64,000 nucleotides of DNA from Stegostoma tigrinum. Lineage: Eukaryota. The translations under genes were made by a program, and so were the position numbers. The notes under the pieces were generated by a model. That model searched no databases, had not been told where the DNA came from, and saw only the letters and a list, made by a program, of their open reading frames with translations. Shown here piece after piece: positions 36,901 to 64,000 of the stretch; the stretch's first letter is position 1, and each line of letters opens with the position of its first letter. Where the stretch lies: contig NC_081383.1 of the NCBI RefSeq assembly GCF_030684315.1, forward strand, positions 39,002,979 through 39,066,978, read 5' to 3'.

Positions 36901-39436
36901 GCCTAAGGTCATCCACAATAGCTTTAAATGACAGGACAATCTCAACGGGCCAAAAACAGAAGTTGCTGGAAAAGATCGCATGTCTGGCAAAATCTGTGAA
37001 GAAAAAGCTCAGTCAATGTGTCGGATTTTTAACTTATTTTTTAAAAATTTGTTCACAGGTTGAAGGCATCACTGATCAGGGGTGGCATTTACTGGCCATC
37101 ACCAGTTGCCCAGTTTCAACCACACTGCTGTGAGCCTAGAGTCATATGTGGGCCAGACCAGTTAAGGATAGCAGCTTCCTTCCCTAAAGGGCATTAGTGA
37201 ACCTGATGTGTTTTTCTTACAAACATCAACGTGTTCATGGCCAACACTAGATTCTTAATTCCAGCGATATTTTATTGAATTCACATTCTACCACCTGCCG
37301 TGGCACGATTCAAAGCCGGTTCCTCAGAATGTTATCTGGGTCTCTGGATTAACAGTTCTGTAGCAATTCCTCTCGGCCATTGCCTCCAATTCTGAGTTCT
37401 GAGGAAGGGTCACCGGATCTGAAACATTAACCCTGATTTTTTTCTTCACTGATGTTATCAGACCTTCTGTGCTTTTCCAGCAACTTCTGTTTTTGTTCCT
37501 GATTTGCAGCATTTGTAGTTCTTTCAGTGTTCAATCTCAATGGGCCTTTTTACTCTACAATCTACTCTACAATTACTCCCCACTTCTATTTTTTTTGCTT
37601 TCTCCAAACTGTCTATGTTTAAAGTACAAAGACTGGTAAGGGAAAGCTCAACAAGAAATACAGCCTTAATGAAAACAGATCAGGAGAAAGGGGTCAGGAA
37701 AGATGAACGTCCAAGAGGACATTGATGGCAAGGAAGTACCGAGAATTATGCAGCTGGAGTCTGAAGAGATAGTTCAATGTAGAGTGGGAGAAAACCTTAC
37801 TTAAATGAACCAACAAATGTTTGCAGTAAAACAGGGGGAGCCGAATACTGTGTTGAACAGCAAGGAATCAAACATCAGAGCAGTTATTAGGAAGTGCTGC
37901 AGAATAATTAGGACTCACAATTAAAAATTGCAATGTAATATATTCAGAAATGATGGTGAGGGTAAAAGGCAAGTTGAATGAGCTGTATTTATTTGGGAAA
38001 AGTAGGCACAGCTACCAGCAGGGCAAAAATAACATCCATATGGAAGGAGCAAAAGAATATTAAAGGATCAGCAAGAGGTGATGTCTGCACAATACCTACT
38101 AGGTTTTGGAAAGGAGGTCAGGTAAAAAAAACATGCAGACTGATTCAAATCCGTGATCTCTATCAGCCGAAGGAGTATGAGACATACGGGGATATCCCAC
38201 CCATTACCGCCAGCCATTTTAATTTGGAGAGAGATCACTGCTTCTTTTATTGCCAGTGGATCAAAATTCTGTAACTATCCCTCACAGCACTTCCAATGTC
38301 ACTGTACTACATGGACTGAGCAGTTCAAGGAGGAAGCTCGACCGCACTTTCTTTGGAGCAGTTATGGATGGGAATAGACATTGCCCTCGACAGTGATGAA
38401 CAAGGCCCATGAAGGAATCACAAAACAAATAGGGCATTCAGTAAAAATCAAACATAGATTGGTAACTATGGGGCATTTTAATGACACTGATATTAATTGA
38501 CAGAATTGTCAATTATCAAAACAATAACTGTTTTCTCTCCACAGATGCCCTCAGACCCACTGAGTTTCTCCAGCATTCTGTGTTTGTTTCAGATTTTCAA
38601 AATTAATAGTATTTTGCTTTTACATCATTTATTACTGGTTTTCCATCTCAGATATTAGACTAACAATCTTATAGTTTCCTGTTTTCTACATCCCTCCTCT
38701 CTTGAATAGGGGTCTTAAATCTGTCTTCCCAAACGGCCTGGATCTTTTCTGAACCAATAGGAATGTGTTTACTATCTCCACGGACACTTCTTTTCAGACC
38801 ATAGGATGTTTCCCATCAGGTCCAAAGGGCTTCGGCATTTCATTCAAATAGCTCTCCCTATACCTGTCACAAGCTTATTGTTCTTTCTTGCCTTTCATCT
38901 CTTGATTTTCAAATATGCATAAGATGTTTTTCCAGTTTTTGCAGTGTTAGACACGAAATACCCGTTCAATGTTCTAACCATATCCTTGTTTCTAATTGTT
39001 AATTCTCCATCCATATTGTCTCATGGAACATTGTTCACTTGAAATATCAACCCAGTTCCACTGTCATCACGCTGCTCCCTGAGCTATTGATGGACTGATG
39101 CAGACAATTGGCTGTTAGCTGAGGAATGCCTATTACAAGGGGACAATTTATATTCTGTCCACACTTGCTCTTTCCAATACTTAACAAAACATTTTGAACA
39201 AAATTAATTCGATAGATTTAATGGCATGAAGATTTTATTTCAGAGACTATGGTAATGAGGTATTTTATCTACATAAGCAAGATAAAAATGCAAAAGATGA
39301 TCGCATTTGATTGAGGAGGATAATATGTGCATCGTCCTTTTAACCAAATAATTTAGCAAAATTAACTCGGAAGAAATTGCAGCATTGTCCATTCCCTGTC
39401 TAATCCCATTGGTTTTGCTCCATTAGGTTGCCCATC

Positions 39437-59293
<19,857 letters not shown>

Positions 59294-60211
59294 GGAGGGA
59301 GGTGTTAAACCAGAGCTTCATTGAACTCCACTTGAAAGAACGATGGGAACATTTCTGCTGATGCTGACTCCTTCAACAGTATCGCTTTAACTCTCTGCTG
59401 CAGTTCAGCAAGTTAAATAATGACAGCTTCTGCGTATTTCTATAGTTTTACATAGCAGTCACTGTCAGCGTGTGTTTGATACATGTAACCATAGTAATAT
59501 CTCCAGCTTGTGTACAGACAACGACCTGAATGTACTGTTGATGTCGATCAATATAATAAACATTGCCAGCAATCACTTTGAGAGTCGGTTTATTCAAAGG
59601 AACAATTTCATAATGCTTTTCCACGGATGGGAAACAGGTACAATGGGCCACCCGGCTTCCTTCTGCACTGCAATTATTGTGTGATTGTGTGAATTGTTTA
59701 ATATAATTCGGAATGATGTTCTTAAAATGATGTGTACAAACAGAAAAAATGTTACAGAATTGGCCGTTTTATGACACAAGTATAATTAATAGCTATCACT
59801 GAGGTATTTAAAGTTTAATTTAATAGTACTCACCCCAAAACTCTCCTTAAGAAATTAGAGAATGAAAGGCACTGTGACTGTGTGTTGGTAGTATTCACAA
59901 AAATTAATTACTTAAATGCACAATTGAGGTAAATAGCACCGATTTCATTGCCATTACAGAGGCATGACTACAAGGTGACCAAGATTAGCCACTGAAGATC
60001 CATTCCATTTACAAATATACAGAAAATGCCTTAATCTTACCCAGGTCACAACCCAGTGAAATTAAAGACGGTCCCATTCATGATTCAAGTGTATTCTCCC
60101 AGCGATTTTATGACTCTTATAATGGGAGTGTACTTCACATCGAAGTAAGCCATTCATGAAAAGAGGGTGCTGTTCATAAACATCCCAGATTCAAAATTGT
60201 GTTGTGTAATG

Positions 60212-60217
60212 AATAAA
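60212..60217 (+). promoter_or_regulatory. Candidate polyadenylation signal of the cathepsin gene
   Basis: First AATAAA noticed downstream of the stop codon (~920 nt). No transcript support. Confidence 0.3.
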
Positions 60218-62451
60218 AGTTTTGGAAAAATTTGAGAATAATCAGAAGTGCTCCAGAGCTTTGTGCCATGCAAATGTTACAGCTTGTTTTCCAAAATATA
60301 AAGACAAGCCTGGAGTCTTGACAGCAATCTGCGCTGAAGTTCAACCCTTCTGTTGCGAGAGCCCTGCACATATGAAAAACTTTAAGGATAAACATCTTTC
60401 AATAATTACCATTTTGAAATTTTTGGACTATTTAGGTAAAGTTGATGGAAAGATATATCAGAGCAATGATTTAAGTAGTTCAGATTGATGGGAAACCTCT
60501 CTGGCTATGTTTGCAGGTTTCTTTGATGGGGTCTCTGGTAAGTAATATATCATTGTAGATAGATGGGGTCTCATAGACTCCTAAATGGCCACACTTTACA
60601 ACAGGGCAATATAGGTACATACGGTACAATCTCTCAATGTAAGTTGAAGTTCGCAATTCATACTGGGAAGGTCAACATTTCTGGAAGGTAAAGCAGGAGA
60701 TATTTAAATATGCTGCATAGTTTCATAATAAGTTGCTCGCTTTCAGTCTCAGTGCAATCAGGTGATAAATCAGGCATTGACTTTCCAATTAGTGAGGACA
60801 AACACTGCCTGGAACATTACTTCAGTACCCTGCCCCTGGTTTATTCATAGTTCCCCACTCACCACAAGCAAATCTCAGAAAGGTGAGCTGGTTCAGGGCC
60901 TCTGATAGATTTCCATCCCTCCATCCACTTTAACCACTATAAGAACCCTGCGCTAAATGGAGAGATGCTAGAGCAGTATTGTTCATCTGGTATCTCTGGC
61001 GTAGGTGAAAAACACAAAAAGAGCAAGACAAGGTGATGCAAGACAGGGATGTGAGTATCTGGGTAGTCTCAAAGTGAATCAGCACTGACAGCGAGTGAAA
61101 GACCAGCGATGCAGCCCAGTCCAGCCCATGAACTATTTGTCCTTTCTGTAGCATAACAATGATAGTTACCTATGCAGCCAAAGGCACGACATTGAAGCAT
61201 AAAAGCATCCTGGAAGTAGATGGAAAATATGCCACAAATACTCTTAATGGCTGAATCCCATTGGACAACAATGACTATGGAAGTCAGGTGCACCTGGCTG
61301 ATGCCCATGGAGAACTCTGAAATTTAGTGTCTGGTGTTCAGTATAGAGCTCTTTCCGAGCAAGTGGTGAGTTCATGTTGACATGTACCCACTCTATCTTC
61401 CAGTTTGAGAACTGTTGATGCGGGGTTTATTGTGGTAGTACATAAGTCAGAAAAATTTGTCGTCTTCATTTTTAAACAACAAACTGCTCGGGACTGAGTA
61501 TGGGTTTTTACAATTATTTATTCAAGAGATGCAAGGAGAGATCTCCCTCTGTTCTTGGAATGGTGAAGATTAACCTGACTTGAAACATTAATTCTGTTTT
61601 TTTTTCCCACAGATCCAGCCAAACCTGTTGAGTTTCATCTGTAATTTCTGTTTTGTTTCAGATGTCCAGCATCCACTGATCTTTATGTTTCCCTATGGGT
61701 GTTTGTACCTTAGAGAATGTATGACAGCTGCAAGTCATGGCCATTTCCTTTTGGAAAAGGATAGCCATTTCTCATGTGCCATCAAGTTTTTAGTGTATTT
61801 TTACAGCCACATCAGCCAAATTGCTGCAGATAATTTTGGAAATCCCTTTCTTCAGATCTAAAATCCTCACTTTAGAACAAACTATGATGACCTCAAACTT
61901 AATGTGAAATGTTACCATATTACTGTCGCCATTTCCCAAAGACTCCTTTACAGCAATTTTAAAAATTAGCCCTTTCTCATTACACAACCTCAAATCCAAA
62001 ATATCCCAGTCTCCAGTCGTTGCTTCAAAATTCTGCTCCAAGAGGCCATCTCATTCACACTCTAGGCTTTCATCCTCCACAACATTAGTACCCTAATTTG
62101 ATTAATTCAATTATTTGCAAATTGAAGCCACCCAATACCACAGTATTTCCAATTTATCTGTAACTTCAATCTCTTGATTTATGTTGTGCTCAGTAGTGCA
62201 GGACATTCAAACTAACTCATACCAGAGTGTTCTCCCATCTCTAGGGTCTACCTCCTGCAGATGTACTTCAGAATTCAAGAAGGCAACTCACTGCCACCTT
62301 CTCAAAGCCATCAGGAGATGACCATTAAATGCTGACCCAGCCAGCAAAACCCACATCCCATAAACGAATGAGGCAAAAAGTCTGCATTTGTGCACTTTAT
62401 TTTAGGGCATTTGTCATTGTCAACATTGTAAGTGAAGGGGTGAACTTCCAA

Positions 62452-62800
62452 AGATTTATAAAATCATGAGGGGCCTGGATACAGTGATCCACTGGATAGG
62501 GAGTCCAAAGCTGGAGGGCAAATGTTTAAGGTGAGAAAGGAAAAAGCAAAAAGATCTAAGGGGCAACTTTTTTACATAGAGGGTGGCGTATGTATGGAAT
62601 GAGCTGCCACAGGAGGTGTTGGAGCCTGGTACAATCACAACATTTGAAAGGCCTCTGGATTTACATATGAATAGGAAGGATTTAGAGGGATATGGGGCAA
62701 AAAAGAAGCTGGCAAATGGGACTGGATTAATTTCGGATATCTGGTCAGCATGGATGAGTTTCACCAAAGGGTCTGTTTCCATGGTGAACAACTTTATGAC
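62452..62800 (+). mobile_element. CR1 3' fragment
   Basis: YKIMRGLD...GNFF...VWNELPQEVLEPG; near-copy of the end of the CR1 at ~49990-50360. Confidence 0.8.
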
Positions 62801-62959
62801 ACAAAGACAACTCATGTGATAAAAAAAAACTGTTGTTTGTGTGGAATAATCAGACTCTCAAAGTGATTGCTGGCAGCGTTTATTGCATTGCTCGACATTA
62901 GTGGCATATGCAGGTCATTGTATCTCCACAAGCTGGGGAATGTAGTTTTTTTCATTTAT

Positions 62960-63600
62960 TCATTTTTGTTTTGTGGGATGTAGGCATCACTGGCTGGCCA
63001 GCATTTATTGCCTGTCCCTCGTTGCCTCTGAGAAGATGGTGGTGAACTGCCTTCTTAAACCACTGTAGTCCATCTTATGAGGGTTGACCCCCAATGCCAT
63101 TAGGGAGGGAATTCCAGTATTTCTACCCAGTGTCCATGAAGGAACGGAGATATGTTTTTCCAGATGAGGATAGTGAGTGGCTTGTTGGGGAGTTTGAGGG
63201 TGGTGGTGTTCCCATATTTCTGTTGCCCTTGTCCTTCTAGATAGAAATGGTTGTGGATTTAGAAGGTGCTGTCTGAGGATCTTTGGTGAATTTCTGCAGT
63301 GCAGCTTGTAGAAAGAACATGCTGCTGCTACTGAGCATCGGTGGTGGAGGGAGTGGATGCTTGTGGATGTGGTGCCAGTCAAGCGGGCTGCTTTGTCCTG
63401 GATGGTGTCAAGCTTCTTGAGTGTCGTTGGAACTACACTCTTTCAGGCAAGTGGGGAACATTCCATCACACTCCTGCCAGGTGTCTTGTAGAGAATGGTC
63501 TGGCTTTCGGGAGTTAGGAGGTGAATTACTTGCCGCAGTATTCCCACCTTCTTAGATGGTCTCCAATTGGTGATGGTCATAACCTGGCATTTGTATGGCA
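62960..63600 (-). mobile_element. LINE 3' fragment (same family as 8190-9345)
   Basis: GCCAGCATTTATTGCCTGTCCC...GAGAAGATGGTGGTGAACTGCCTTCTT is the reverse complement of that family's tail. Confidence 0.8.
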
Positions 63601-63614
63601 CTGTGTAGTTGCTC

Positions 63615-63848
63615 AGATATTACTGTGGTTATGTTTATCAAACACACAACAGTGACCTTTATATGAATCTATAGAAACATGCAGAAACTTGTTATTATTC
63701 AACTTTCTGAAATGCAGCAGACAGTTAAAACAATACGGTTGAACGGGTCAGCATCAACAGAAATATTTCTGTCATTCTTTCAAGTGGAGTTCAATAAAGC
63801 TCTGGTTTAACACCAGCCTCCTTAAACAATTACCTAAACTACGTGATC
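63615..63848 (-). pseudogene. Diverged inverted copy of the cathepsin last-exon end and proximal 3'UTR
   Basis: Minus strand GAT CAC GTA GTT TAG GTA ATT GTT TAA GGAGGCTGGTGTTAAACCAGAGCTTTATTGAACTCCACTTGAAAGAA... aligns with 59267-59502 (AAT TAT GCA GTT TAT CCA ACT GTG TGA GGAGGGAGGTGTTAAACCAGAGCTTCATTGAACTCCACTTGAAAGAA...). Confidence 0.85.
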
Positions 63849-64000
63849 AGAGATAATGGGAACTGCAGATGCTGGAGAATCCGAGATAACAAAGTGTGGC
63901 CTTGATGGACACAGTAGGCCAAGCAGCATCTTAGGAGCACAAAAGCTGATGTTTCGGACCTAGACCCTTCATCAGAAAAGGGTTTGATGAAGGGTCTAGG
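63849..64000. mobile_element. Palindromic Penelope pLTR element (runs off window end)
   Basis: AGAGATAATGGGAACTGCAGATGCTGGAG...GACCCTTCATCAG then TGATGAAGGGTCTAGG; same family as 15327-16352. Confidence 0.85.

Larger units (their letters stand above)
22305..37561 (-). repeat. Right arm of giant inverted repeat
   Basis: Colinear reverse complement of 1-15332 with scattered substitutions, small indels and arm-specific insertions. Confidence 0.97.

Noticed and set aside
1-37561. Giant inverted repeat as a fold-back sequencing or amplification artefact
   Set aside because: The arms differ by many substitutions, indels and independent TE insertions with TSDs, and there is a 7-kb unique spacer. 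A chimeric read would give near-identical arms. A haplotype mis-join is not fully excluded.

Overview
Eukaryotic genomic DNA, almost certainly from a shark or ray (HE1/V-SINE, CR1 LINEs and Penelope-type pLTR repeats). No prokaryotic genes, rRNA or CRISPR array were found. (1) Positions 1-37561 form a giant imperfect inverted repeat: two ~15.3 kb arms (1-15332 and 22305-37561) around a ~7 kb spacer. The spacer holds a ~1 kb Penelope-derived palindrome and a young but broken CR1 LINE. (2) An intact 7-coding-exon cathepsin L-subfamily (papain C1A) gene lies at 39437-59293 (+), 343 aa, assembled by hand from GT-AG exons. Its mature enzyme is extremely Arg/Lys-rich (about +35 net) and its propeptide is extended and strongly acidic (about -30 net). 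(3) A diverged, disrupted tail-to-tail copy of that gene's last exon and 3'UTR sits at about 63615-63848 (-). The rest is transposable-element debris. Other candidates worth checking are a conserved -1 slippery heptamer (T_TTA_AAC) at the ORF1/ORF2 junction of three CR1 copies and many short palindromic Penelope pLTR insertions carrying hammerhead-ribozyme-like cores. Identities and repeat boundaries are by-eye estimates.
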